A stretch of DNA of 64,000 nucleotides, from positions 201,438,001 to 201,502,000 of the forward strand of contig OZ024741.1 of NCBI GenBank assembly GCA_964016885.1, given 5' to 3'. Below are positions 30,263 to 42,667 of this stretch, in pieces; positions within the stretch are counted from its first letter, which is position 1; the number at the start of each line of letters is the position of its first letter. A program made the position numbers and the translations under genes. The DNA comes from Eledone cirrhosa. Its lineage: Eukaryota. The notes beneath the pieces were generated by a model. The model was not told where the DNA came from. It did not search any database and saw only the letters and a list, made by a program, of their open reading frames with translations.

Positions 30263-30850
30263 TGTCTGTAGACGCCTGAAAAGGACAGGCACCCAATATT
30301 TGAACTGGTTTATAGAATTCTCTTGGCCTTTATCACTCTAAGTAGAGCTTTAAAGAATTAGCTTTTAAAGAATTTCCCTTTTCTTTAAACCCATCAACCA
30401 TGACTGTCCCCCAACCATCTTATAGACACCTGAAATGTAGGCATTGTTAGCTTAAGAGAAACTTAAAAATAAGGAATGGCACCCCATTCTGAACTTGTTT
30501 ATAGAATTCTTTCTGCCTTTGTCACTCTAAATATAAATTATAGCTTTAAAGAATTAGCTTTTAATGAATTCCCTTTTCTTTCAACCAATGACCTCCACCC
30601 ATCCCACTCCCCACCCTCTCCCCCCACCAGAAAAGATATAAATACCACCATATTTACTTGGACAGTCAGATTCATGATGATCTCTCAAGAATGAAACAGT
30701 TCTAGTCCTGTAGAATATCATCTATATTAAAACGTTTATACTCTTCTATGTATTGAGTACCTTACTTACTGTGGTTACCTCCGATTCAACCCGGAATAAC
30801 TTACCTTATATATATATATTTGTGTGTATCTATATATATATATATATATA

Positions 30851-32270
30851 TTAGTAAGTGAGGTTTTTTTACAAAATGAAAAGTAACGGAGGTGTCCTAC
30901 ACGAGTGAAAGTATAAAGAAAAAAAGATGAAATCCAAAATGCAACTGGAGTCTTATTTAAAAATATATATATATACTTATTTGGTTCCTTTACCGGTTTC
31001 GCAGTTCTTCTGCTTTTCAAAAGTAGAGTTGAGATGGAGGGTCTGTGGTTTTTTTCACATCTGGTTGGTTTTAGAATGTTACTTGTTTTATATGGAAAAA
31101 AGTGGCTCGAAACGCCAGGTTTTTAGAGAAGTAATTTGATTGGTTGGTCAATAAGTATAATAAATTTCGCGCCAGTTCACGTTACAAAGTTCTTCAAGCA
31201 AGGGGGGTGCTCAAGTTGTTTTCTCATATATGAGTGAAGTTTGGTTGGTTGATGCAGTCACGTGAATAAGAACATCAGCTTTCGTGCCAGTTTGTTTGAA
31301 TTTATTTTTACTTAAAAAAAAGGGGGCTCACGAAGGCTTTTTTTTAATAAATGTAATTTGATTGGTTATAAATGAAATTATGACTATCACGTGAACAAGT
31401 TCATTAAATTTCGCGCCCGTACTTGGGAATTTATTTTAGAGAATGTTATGACAAACAAAAGATAATGGTCAAGAGAAATGGGATGGGTGGAATTGTTCTG
31501 GTTCAGTGAATATGGCAGATTGTTTTTTCATATATGAGTGAAGTTTGGTTGGTTGATGCAGTCACGTGAATAAGCAGATCAGCTTTCGCGTCAGTTTGTT
31601 TGAATTTCTTTTTACTTTAAAAAAAAGTGGCTCACGAAGGCTTTTTTTTAATAAATGTAATTTGATTGGTTATAAATGAAATTATGACTGTCACGTGAAC
31701 AAGTTCATTAAATTTCGCGCCCGTATTTAGGAATTTATTTTGTAGCCTTTTAGAGAATTTTATGACAAACAAAAGATAGTGGTCAAGAGAAATGGGATGG
31801 GAGAATTGTTCTGGTTCAGTGAATATGGCTGGTTCGCTGGGGTGTCAGAATTCAGACTTCCTATTGAAACAAAGAAAATAGAGATATATATCTTTATTTG
31901 TGTGTTGTGTGTGTGTGTGTATAGGAAGATGATTCTATTAGTAGAAATGGGGGAGGGAGTTGTGTGTATATGGGTGTTATGTGTGTGTCTGTGTCTGGGA
32001 GTATGTTAAGATGGAGAGAATATATATATTTTGTGTGTGTGTATGTTTGTAGGAAAGTGATTCTATTAGTAGAAATGGGGGAGGTAATTGTGTGTGTGGG
32101 GGGGGGGGTTATGTGTGTGTGTTATGTGTGTGCGGGAGTATGGTTAGCATGTTAAGATGAAGAGAATATATATTTTGTGTGTGTGGGTGTGTGTGGGAAA
32201 ATGATTCCGTTAGTAGAAATATTTTTGAATGAACATATATATAAATATTTTTGAATGAACACATATATAT
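30851..32270 (-). mobile_element. Non-coding PLE-type 3' region with HHR and a ~300-bp internal tandem repeat
   Basis: HHR at 30987-31024; homolog at 63715-64000; repeats start near 31216 and 31521. Confidence 0.55.
30987..31024 (-). ncRNA. Minimal hammerhead, U3:A8 variant
   Basis: Reverse complement: ctt-TTGAAAA-gcag aagaa ctgc-GAAA-CCGG-TA-aag. Confidence 0.7.
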
Positions 32271-32311
32271 ATATATCAAAATGAAAATCCGAAGGCAAGG
32301 TAAAATTCCAA

Positions 32312-32399
32312 TCATTTAATCACGACACATGTTTCAATAAGAGATAGATCGATTGTGAAGCCATGATCGATTATCACTGATCTCATCAGGTGAAAATGA
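32312..32399 (-). ncRNA. Type I hammerhead in the inverted pLTR
   Basis: Reverse complement of 36546-36633. Confidence 0.72.
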
Positions 32400-35300
32400 A
32401 TTGTCTTCAAATTCTTGATATGAGGGAGAAAAAATAACGATGTTCTCTCACAGAATTCCTTCCCTCATATGGAGACACACCAGTCACTCAGAGACACGGC
32501 GACTGCTATTAGCTTCAGTTGAGGTCATAAAAGTTTTCAGATTTCTATCGCTGCAAAAGACGCTGGACATCAATCAAATCTGTAGGGATACAGTCAGTCA
32601 CAGTTAAAAGTGAGTGGGTACACACACACTCCACACCCACATACATCGGTTCGAGGTCAAAGAAAAATATATACATATATTTACACACATCAACACAGTA
32701 GTAAACCCATAGAATTAGCGTGGGTGGGTACACACACACTTTCACACACACCGAAGCGATGTCCGAGAAAAAACAAATATAATAAAACAAATATAAGAAT
32801 GTACCAACACAGCATTCACCGAAAGTTAGTTCACAAAGCAACAGAAGCTATGTCGGTCAAATCTCAATTTGACGATGTAAATTGGAAATATTGGGTTAAC
32901 CAATGATTTGATAACCAGAGAACTTAGGAAAAGCTACAGAAAAACTACACGGGCCAACCCGGATTTAATTAACACGGAGGCCAATAGCGTCATGATTAAA
33001 CTGGGTATTGAGGATAAAACCGAAGCCTTCCATCCTAGAACCCCGAGGATTTTGCTGAAGGACCACAAATTGAACTTTGAATCATTAAGACCTGTCAGGC
33101 TGATAGCCCCTTCGAAGTCGGACATAGGAATCGTAAGTAAAAACATCCTTGATAAAATAATCCCCACTCTAGTTAGGAAATCGAAGCTCAAGTTGTGGCC
33201 AGGAACTAGGAGGTAATTAACTGGTTTGAGAAATCGCAGAATAAGAATAGCACTAAGTTTATACAGTTCGATATCTTTAATTACTACTCTTCAATCTCTC
33301 CAACTCTTCTAGGTAGGGCCCTTGACTTTGCTAGCTTACACACCGACCTTACATCCGAGGAAATTAGCATTATTCTCCTAGCTAGGAAAACCTTAATTGA
33401 ATTCGACGGTGACCTGTGGACTAGGAAGGATTGGCCAGACAATTTCAACATCACCATGGGATCCACGGACTCGGCCCAGGTGACGGATCTGGTGGGACTT
33501 TACCTCCTTGACTGTCTCGGAGCGGAAATGCCCCACCTGGGAGGCGGCGCTTACCGTGACGACATCTTGTTTACTGTGTCGTTCCATAATAATAGTATGG
33601 TAGAGAGGGTGAGGAAAAAACTTAGCAAATTCTTCAAGAGCATAGACCTAAGTATAGTATTTGAAGAGAATTTAGAGATAGTTAATTTTCTAGATGTTAC
33701 ACTTAACCTCAATTCAGGACTCTTCCAACCTTACCACAAACCCAACGAGAATCTAAACTATGTCAACGCAAAATCGAACCACCCTAGAATAGTCACTAAC
33801 GGTATTACCAAAAGCGTCTCTAGTAGAATTTCAGGACTATCTTCCAATGAAGATACCTTTAATAAGATCTCGAATTACTATAATAGTGCCCTGGAACGCG
33901 CAGGGCATAGCGAGGGAATCTCATTCAAACGTCCATTAAATAGTAGAAGTAACATTGCCCGCGGTAGCTTAGGCCTAAATAGTGACACTCTAGTTAACAG
34001 CAGGCGGGATACGAGGGAGGATTCATATAGTCTTCATGTTGTACTGCCGCCTAGTCCCAATGCTGTTGGTACTAGTAGAAACAGCCACCCAGATACTAAC
34101 ACTGGGTCTGAGCAACGTAACGCCAGCGGAAACTCTAATGGTAACCTTAATTGTGGAACCGATAAAACTACCGTTGAACACAGTATGGAACTAGGGTCGA
34201 GTAAGGGGAATAGGGACAGGTGTAGCAGACGCATAGTGGATACAACCCCGGCTATCGGGGATAACCCCAATGGCCGCACGGGGGGTACACCGCCCTGGAG
34301 ACTTGGGACGATTCCGAACACAATCGTGACACCCCAGGACACCATCGACCCACAAGTAATTTCCAGTTACAATAGACCAGTAACTACTAGGGAGACAGGT
34401 AATTCTAATATAGTTAGTAGGAACAAGAGGCATCGGACCAGAAAAGTCATGTGGTTTAATCCCCCTTACTCCACTGGCCTGACCACTAGTATAGCTAAGC
34501 TTTTCTTTAGGGCCTTAGACAAATGCTTCCCTAGATCGCACAGATATTATAAAATATTCAATAGAAATACCATCAAGCTGTCCTAATCCACAACTAGTAA
34601 CATAGCTAAGAATATAGCTAAGATGAATTATAGTAGACTTAGGACAGCCAATGAGGGAATTAGGCATGGCAGGAACAATGGCAGCTCTATTGAGGAACTG
34701 ACTCATACACGTGTAGCAAGTCGGGTCTCCCCAACCCCAGAGAATTTACCCATAGAGCAGACTGGAACTGAGACCCGACCCTAAAGGTACCGTGGTCCAT
34801 CTGGAACTACCCAGATCGATAGCAAAAAATGTAACTGCAGAAGCACCGCCACCTGCCCCATGGCTGGGAAATGCCTTACCAAAAACATAGTCTACGACTG
34901 TAAGGTCTCCACTCCTGATAGAACCTTTAGGTATGTTGGGGCAACTGCCACGGAATTTAAGGATAGATGGTATAATCACCGCCATATCTTTAATAGATTA
35001 GATAAAAAAAATAGCACGGCACTTTCGGAATTAGTCTGGAAGCTTAAACATCAGAATATAGAGCACTCCTTATCCTAGTCCATAGTTTGCTCAGCCCAAC
35101 CTTATAACGGCAGCACTGGCGTCTGCAATTTATGTATAGCTGAAACTTTTAATATTATTAGAGGCGGCCCCTGTCAACTGTCAAAATAGAACCTCGAAAA
35201 CCTTCCGCAGGATTTTGGGAAGGTAACCTACCAATAACTCCTCCCTCTCTACTTTAGTCATAGAGTTCTCTCAATAAACGGACAGTCACACACTTAGGTA

Positions 35301-36545
35301 GTTAGACGGCTAAGATTGTTTGCGTACTTGCAAACGATACTCGGCCTGTTTCCACGGAGTTCTCACAGCTGAGTGCTCTCTTTTAGAATACCTAGCTAGT
35401 AAATAGTTAGATTTATTACACACTTAGTTAGGACTGATTACGCTCTCTATACATAGCTCTACACACAGTACCCGTTTCCTTTAGACAATTACGACTGTCA
35501 CGTTCCTACTGACTGAACACTACACCAGGTTTTGATGCGTGATCATCTAACCATGGAGGACTCACTGTTACGGATTGAACAATAATACTGACACACCATT
35601 AATGGGCCTACACACATCGTTTGGATTTTACTGTCCTGTGTTTTCTTACTTCACCTTCTGTGTTGGATAACACACCTCCACCACACAAACAACTATCTTA
35701 AAAGCTCATTGGCCCATATGACGGGAAATCGCACTTGCGGACACATTTACCCAATACCCAACCCTACACGGAGCCCTTTGCCGGCCTACATTGCAGTTGC
35801 TTGCACGCACGGATTTGGTGATACTGATTCCCAACGGGACAGCGGTACACAAGGAGTTCGACATGAGCTGATTGCTTGCTCTTCACATGGATGTGTATAT
35901 ACCCGGACATACCCTTTTTTGGACGATTCGGATGTGTATATACCATAACATACACTTGAAGATATGGATGTTACAATTCGATCTATACACGTATAGCAGA
36001 ACACTGAACTGAACTTACTTGCGCGCGCGCTTGTGTGTGTGTGTGTGTATGTGTGGAGCGTTGGTTAACCCAATATTTCCAATTTACATCGTCAAATTCA
36101 GATTTGACCGACATAGCTTCTGTTGCTTTGTGAACTAACTTTCGGTGAGTGCTGTGTTGGTACATTCTTATATTTGTTTTATTATATTTGTTTTTTCTCG
36201 GACATCGCTTCGGTGTGTGTGATAGCGTGTGTGTGTACCCACCCACGCTAATTCTACGGGTTTAATACTGTGTTGATGTGTGTAAATATATGTATATATT
36301 TTTCTTTGACCTCGAGTGTGTGTGTACCCACTCATTTTTAACTGTGACTGACTGTATCCCTATAGATTTGATTGATGTCCAGCGTCTTTTGCAGCGATAG
36401 AAATCTGAAAACTTTTATGACCTCAACTGAAGCTAATAGCAGTCGCCGTGTCTCTGAGTGACTGGTGTGTCTCCATATGAGGGAAGGAATTCTGTGAGAG
36501 AACATCGTTATTTTTTCTCCCTCATATCAAGAATTTGGAGATAAT

Positions 36546-36633
36546 TCATTTTCACCTGATGAGATCAGTGATAATCGATCATGGCTTCACAATCGATCTA
36601 TCTCTTATTGAAACATGTGTCGTGATTAAATGA
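36546..36633 (+). ncRNA. Type I hammerhead in the 3' pLTR
   Basis: tcattttcac-CTGATGA-extended stem II-GAAA-C-ATGT-G-TC-gtgattaaatga. Confidence 0.75.
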
Positions 36634-36808
36634 TTGGAATTTTACCTTGCCTTCGGATTTTCATTTTGATACTTATACTCCGTTTTACATCATCTAGCTG
36701 TTCCCTCGAATGGAATTGGAGATATACAAAAGCGTGGAGAACCTAATATTGCTAACATAAAGTTATTGGACCATTTTACACACCCAATAATGCACCTTAC
36801 TATATACC

Positions 36809-36884
<76 letters not shown>

Positions 36885-37145
36885 AGAGGAAGAAAGAGAT
36901 GATCATTAGGAAGAAAAATATATCTTTTTCCTTTTTTGTTTCTCTCTCTCTTTTTTCTAGGTTAGAAAATGATTAAAACGAAATGTTTTACTTTCTGTGA
37001 AGTATTAGTTGATTTATTTATTATTTAACAATGGCATTTATTTATCTATTTATATATTTAATAATTATCTATTACCGGGTTCAGCATTTTTATGCATTAT
37101 CAAGTGATAGTGAAATGTATTAGTGTGGTGTATATATATATATAT

Positions 37146-38813
37146 AAGATAAAGTTAAAAAAGTCAAATGTTTAAAATTTAGCTTCGTTTATTACTGCTA
37201 TATATATTTCAGTGACAGCCATCTTTGGCTGTGACCTCTTCAGGCAGTCCGAATTAGTGTGGTATAGACAAGTACATATGTTGTTGAGGTGTATAATATT
37301 GTCAATACTCTGATATGCCCAGTTCCTGGTTGGGTTGTTATTTCACTGAGGAACTGGAATCATATGAATTCAAATAAACGAATTTCAGTGTCAAGGGGCC
37401 TCTACTCCTCTCATTGGTCAGTTGTTAGAACATTCCTCATTCTAAGTGTTGTTATTGTTGGAGTTAGCTTAAAAATTGATAAAGTGGTAGAAGGGACAAG
37501 GTGTTAAAGGAACAAAATAACAAAAAAACAAAAAAGTGTCAAACTTCCCATTGGTCAGTTCTGAGAGCATTCCTCAGTCAGAAGTCTATAGAATTCTTTC
37601 TGGGGTGAGGCTCCCTGTAGTGTTTGTGTTTGCTATTGTTAAGTACATTTGACCTCTACCATTATTTTGGTAGTGTTGTTGGTGTTGTGGTCAGCTTATG
37701 TCTTGCTTCTGCTGACAATTTAGAAGTATCTGTGTGTGTTTTTTCTTCATCCCTCCTGCCACCATCCCTCATAGTGGTGGGGGGGAGGGGGTTCTTCCAT
37801 GTATATGAAGAAATATAAGGCAATAAATGAAGAAAACAGAAAATAAATAATATAATTTGTATATAATAAATAGAGAATAAAGAATAAAGAATAATTGAAA
37901 AATTGGTGAAAAAGTAATGAAAATGAATATGGAGAAGGGAAAAATAAAATGAAGATTCAAATAAAGTAGGATAAATTGTGTGTGTGCTATAACCAATCTC
38001 AAGGTCAGAAATATGTTGGATAGATTGGTATGAGGAACAAGATGTTAAAACAAGATTATGAAACAAAATGTGTTTGTGTAATAATCAATCTCAACTTAAA
38101 AATAAAGTGATACAGTGAAGAGGGCAGAAAACAAATAACAAATTAATAAAGAGAAATCAAGATTTAAAATTGGGACTTGAAAATCAGAAATCAAGTAAAT
38201 TAAAATGTGTTTGTGTTATATAGATGTTGGCCAAATTATAATGGCTGTGTCCGATTCAATCTCTAGGCTATCATGGTGTCTGCTCAGACTATGGCTTCCC
38301 TATGGCTTGAGGGGAGTTCACAACCTAGGGTGTTGTTACTGCCCATATAGCTTGAGGGAGATCTGGCTGAGAGGTGTTTACATGTTCTGTAGAAGTCCCT
38401 ATAGCTTGAGGGGAGTTCACCTCTTCTTGTCTTCTACTGTCCATATATCTTGAGGAAGGTCCCGGCTCTAAGGTGTCTGCATGTCCCGAAGAAGTCGGTT
38501 CTGAGGTTTATCAGGCCGCTTCCACCTCTTAGTATCTCGAGGGTCTCGTTCAGGCATAGTTTGCATATGCAAGATCCCCCTTTATCGGGTGGTACTTTCC
38601 TGATTATGTACCAGGCCCGAGAGTACGGGGTCCTGTCCAGATTAAGCTCCCAGATCAGGTCGGAGAGACCCGTGCTTTTCCTTTTGGCCTCCTTGTTGAA
38701 TGAATGGCGATGGTTGTACCAGCGGTCTTTAAAGCTCGTTGATGTGGCTCCTATGTAGAGGTGTTCGGAGTTGGGGGTTTTAACCCTACAACCGTATACT
38801 AGGTTCTTCTTGA

Positions 38814-38816
<3 letters not shown>
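37146..38816 (-). mobile_element. PLE EN plus long 3' UTR plus HHR
   Basis: ORF 38434-38913 CLKKNLVYGCRV..YIGATSTSFKDRWYNH..CKLCLNE..CRH. Confidence 0.85.
37194..37248 (-). ncRNA. Type I hammerhead ribozyme
   Basis: Reverse complement: actgc-CTGAAGA-ggtcacagcc aaagat ggctgtcact-GAAA-TATATA-TA-gcagt. Confidence 0.8.
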
Positions 38817-38893
<77 letters not shown>

Positions 38894-39049
38894 TTGGAGC
38901 TCTGAAATAGCAATATATATATGAATGTATATATAATGTATTTTGCAATACACTTTATGCTTAATTAAAAGCATTTTGAAGACCGTATGCTATTGTTTTA
39001 GAGTAGTGACAAACTCACTTACTTTAATCTCAGCAAACAAGGGGAGATA

Positions 39050-39094
39050 AGCCGACAAGACCTTGTTTCGCATTTATTGATGCTTATCAAGGCT
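39050..39094 (-). ncRNA. Type I hammerhead, U3:A8 variant
   Basis: Reverse complement: agcc-TTGATAA-gcat caataa atgc-GAAA-CAAGGTCTTG-TC-ggct. Confidence 0.78.
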
Positions 39095-39538
39095 AACTAC
39101 TCCCTCCTGTCTACTGAGATCACTGATGTTATATTCTTATAGAATTCTAGTAAATAATCAGGAACTGATTATACAGAGCGGTTGCCGGTCAGGCAGAAAT
39201 TAAAAATTAGAATTGGAGCTCTGAAATAGCAATATATATATGAATGTATATATAATGTATTTTGCAATACATTTTATGCAATACATTTTATGCTTAAAAG
39301 CATTTTGAAGACCGTATGCTATTAAAAGCATTTTGAAGACCGTATTTAATTAAGCATAAAACGTATTGCAAAATACATTATATATACATTCATATATATA
39401 TTGCTATTTCAGAGTTCCAATTCTAATTTTTAATTTCTGCCTGACCGGCAACCGCTCTGTATAATCAGTTCCTGATTATTTACTAGAATTCTATAAGAAT
39501 ATAACATCAGTGATCTCAGTAGACAGGAGGGAGTAGTT

Positions 39539-39583
39539 AGCCTTGATAAGCATCAATAAATGCGAAACAAGGCCTTGTCGGCT
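39539..39583 (+). ncRNA. Type I hammerhead, U3:A8 variant
   Basis: agcc-TTGATAA-gcat caataa atgc-GAAA-CAA GGCC TTG-TC-ggct. Confidence 0.8.
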
Positions 39584-39949
39584 TATCTCCCCTTGTTTGC
39601 TGAGATTAAAGTAAGTGAATTTGTCACTACTCTAAAACAATAGCATACGGTCTTCAAAATGCTTTTAATTAAGCATAAAGTGTATTGCAAAATACATTAT
39701 ATATACATTCATATATATATATATATACATGATATGTAATTAAGACTGTCAATTGCTTTAGCCTAAACATAAATGCATCATTCATATATATATATATAAT
39801 GTAAGTGCTATGAGATTGTCGACATGCTAGAGAGGAGAGAAGTAGATGTGTGTTGTGAGCAAGAAGTAAGTTGCAGAAATAGCCATAGAAATGGCTTGAG
39901 CTTTGCCGTCGGGGTCCTGAACCTTTATATATATATATATATATATATA

Positions 39950-41692
39950 TAAACGTTTGTATTTGTAAAGCCAAAACAATGCAGGTATGGACATAGAATA
40001 TAAATGCAAATGCAAAAGATATTGTTGACGATTAGTCTTTTACCTTAAATTTATTTAAATCTCCTTAATTTTCGAGATAATATCTCTTTTTCGGAGGGAA
40101 GTAAAGCGGTTAAACCAGCGTTCTAAATAGCTTGCCAAGTCATGCTGACAGGAAATGGTATAGAGTATCTGTTCTATCTCTAATGTCAGAGAGTGAAGGT
40201 TAGGTGGATAAAGAGTAGTCTCCCTTTAAAAGGGGTTTTGTACATGTATGTTTAAGTGTGTGGGAGAATACGTGAAGGTGTAAGTATGTGTGTGAGAAGA
40301 TATGTCTATACGTAAATGTGGGGGATAGATGCTCTCTCATGTTAGAACTGGTCTTTGTGTGTGTATGTGTGTGTGTGAGAGAGAATAAGTGGAGGTGTAA
40401 GCGTGTGTGTGTGTGTGTGTGTGTACGTGTGTGTGTGCGTGTGTGGGGGTGTGTAAGTATGGGGCTAGATGCTCTATCAAGTTATAAATTGGGTGTTGAG
40501 TTCTAGTCTATTATTGATTGGTGGTTGTGTTTTGTCTATAATCAGTGCTTCCTTAATTCTAAGATTGCCGAGGTTTCTTCCCTTAGTTTCTATCCTAACT
40601 GTTATGGTTTTGTCGGTGTTTTTGCATTTCACTAGGTGTTTTTTAAATGAGGAAGCATTAGTATTGAGGTGTTCTTTTATTCTTATGTGGAGTGGTCTGG
40701 TGGTGCTACCTACGTAGAAGTTGCTGCATTTGTCGCACTCTAGTCTGTATACGACGTAGGCCTGGTGGCATAGGTCTGTGTCGTTGATGGGGCAGTTGGC
40801 TAGACTGCAGCGGTTGTCATGTCTGGTGGAGTGTCTTTTGGTTAGCTGTCCGCGTAGAGAAGGTCCTGAGTGGGCTAGTTGGATACCTAGTCCCTCTCGT
40901 CTGATAGCTCTCCGAATGGCTGTTGTTGTTTCGTCACTGAAGTGTGGGAGCTTCAGGAAGCAAGTGTTTGTGCCTCGGGTGTAGTGTCCTCTGTTCTTTC
41001 TGGCACGGTTCGTGGTGGATGTCGGGTATCCGTTCAGTTTGAGTACTTCCAGGAAATGTGTGGTGTGTGTGTCTCGGTCTCTAGCGTCGGTGCATTTGTT
41101 CCGGATACGTGTTAGTGCCTTCCTTATGTATCCGAACTTAGCGCCGGCTGGGAGGGCTGATCTGAAATGTACGAACAGGTCCCTGCTGGCGGCTTTTTTA
41201 TAGAAGCAGGTGTGGATGTTGCCTTCCTCTGTTACCCTGAGTTGGAAGTCCAGTAGGGATAGGGATCCGTGGTCATCGGGGTGTTCCATGCTGAACTTTA
41301 TACTAGCGTCCATGCTGGAGAATGTCGTGTATATTTTATCCGCCTCCTCACGGGATGATGTAAGGATGAGTATGTCATCTACATATCGGGTAAAGATGGT
41401 ATGGCAATGGCAGGTGTTGAGGGCTCGGCATTCTAGCTGGTTCATATAGGTGATGGCCAGCAGGCCCGATAGGCTGGATCCCATGGGTAATCCTGTTGTC
41501 TGTCTGTATGTGTGGTGGTGGAAGGTGAAGTACGTGTTGTCCACTGTGAAGGACAAAAGCTGGTGTATGTCCGTCGGATGGAGGCCGTAGCAGTGGATGT
41601 CCTCTGCGACCACGCAGTCTGTCAATAAATCGACAGCTGGATAAGCGGGGACTGTAGTGTAGAGGGAGACAACGTCGAGGCTAAAGGCGTAT
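39950..41692 (-). mobile_element. Young 5'-truncated PLE with an uninterrupted RT-EN frame (40477-41690)
   Basis: SLDVVSLYT, GLPMGSSLS, RYVDD, LLDF, C..CP..LC..VVYRLEC..C..FYVGST.R.L..RIKEH, IKEALII..INNR. Confidence 0.92.
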
Positions 41693-41704
41693 CTATATAT
41701 ATAT

Positions 41705-41810
41705 GAACAAGACATGGTCATCTGACCTGGCATTGCCCACAACAAGACAATTCGTCTAACCTATGCTAGCATGGAAGAATGGACGTAAAATGGTGATGAT
41801 GATGATGATT
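41705..41810 (+). mobile_element. RTE LINE 3'-end scrap with (GAT)n tail (related copy at 63178-63278)
   Basis: cgtctaacctatgctagcatggaagaatggacgtaaaatggtgatgatgatg matches RTE tails at 11005 and 14403. Confidence 0.6.
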
Positions 41811-42615
41811 TATATATACATACATAGATATATATATTCTCATCATCATCTTTTTACATCTGTTTTAGATAGTGAAATGAGTTGGATAGTTGGCTATACT
41901 CAAAATCAGTTCACTTCTTTACATAGTTTTTATAACTGGATGCCCTTCATAACAGAAGTATACTGCATGCATTTTGGCTAAAGAGCTATCTCTATCCTAT
42001 GTTATCTTCGTTTGATCATCAACAACTTTACAGGGTGTACTGGAGGCATCTTATCATGATGCTAACACTAAAGAAGTTGGCTTGCTTATACACGGGAATC
42101 TATTCATTCAAGGCAAAAGTGCAGATGAGTGTAGCCAAATGACAAGGGGGAGGGCAATGTAATAAAATGGTAGGAGAAGATGGATAGTGGGAGCTATATG
42201 TAGGGTGTTAACAGGAGATGGAGCAATACAGATGGGGTATCATGGTGAGATGTAGAGCATTGATGTATAGAAACGGAGAAGAGTGATGGTGAATTGAGAA
42301 TGACAGCTATGTCTCATGTGGAAGAAAATGATGATGATGATGATTATGGTATTGATACATATGTGTGTGTGTGTCTATATATTTATATAGACACACACAT
42401 GCATCACACACACGTACATATATATATATATAATAATAATGATACTATTTGTAGTTATGTATATACTATACTATAAACAACTATAAACAGGAAAGGTCAG
42501 GAATTTCTTACTACCTTATTACCAGTAAGAGAAATAGCTCAATGTAAGAACATCAGGTGTTTTACAGAGCAGGAATATAAATTACACACATATCAAAGTT
42601 ATGTTCAAATCATTT

Positions 42616-42667
42616 AATCGCTGACAATTGTTTCTTCCAAACTTTAGTTTGGAATCATCGGAGCATT
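42616..42667 (-). ncRNA. Hammerhead motif, CCGAUGA core
   Basis: Reverse complement: aatgct-CCGATGA-ttccaaac taaa gtttggaa-GAAA-C-AATT-G-TC-agcgatt. Confidence 0.7.

Larger units (their letters stand above)
32275..36810 (+). mobile_element. Hydra-clade-like PLE with most of RT plus EN (32904-35170), flanked by ~620-bp inverted pLTRs
   Basis: KDHKLNF..VRLIAPSKSDIG; FIQFDIFNYY; MGSTDSAQVTDLVG; YRDD; WFNPPYS; CNCR..CPMAGKCL; YVGAT; IR 32275-32903 and 36061-36670. Confidence 0.92.
38888..39720. mobile_element. Retrozyme candidate: 319-bp unit present as more-than-monomer copies in both orientations
   Basis: gaattggagc at 38891 and 39210; taagcataaa at 39351 and 39670; one HHR per arm; no ORF. 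Confidence 0.78.

Noticed and set aside
30300-30590. ~190-bp-period direct repeat (similar case at 50320-50640)
   Set aside because: Simple local duplication with no ribozyme or coding signal
30672-30730. ATGATGA C-box-like motif (also 15831) suggesting a C/D snoRNA
   Set aside because: No D box (CTGA) or terminal stem at a suitable distance
32275-36670. Long terminal inverted repeats suggesting a DNA transposon
   Set aside because: Interior encodes PLE RT and GIY-YIG, not a transposase; the repeats are inverted pLTR copies with HHRs
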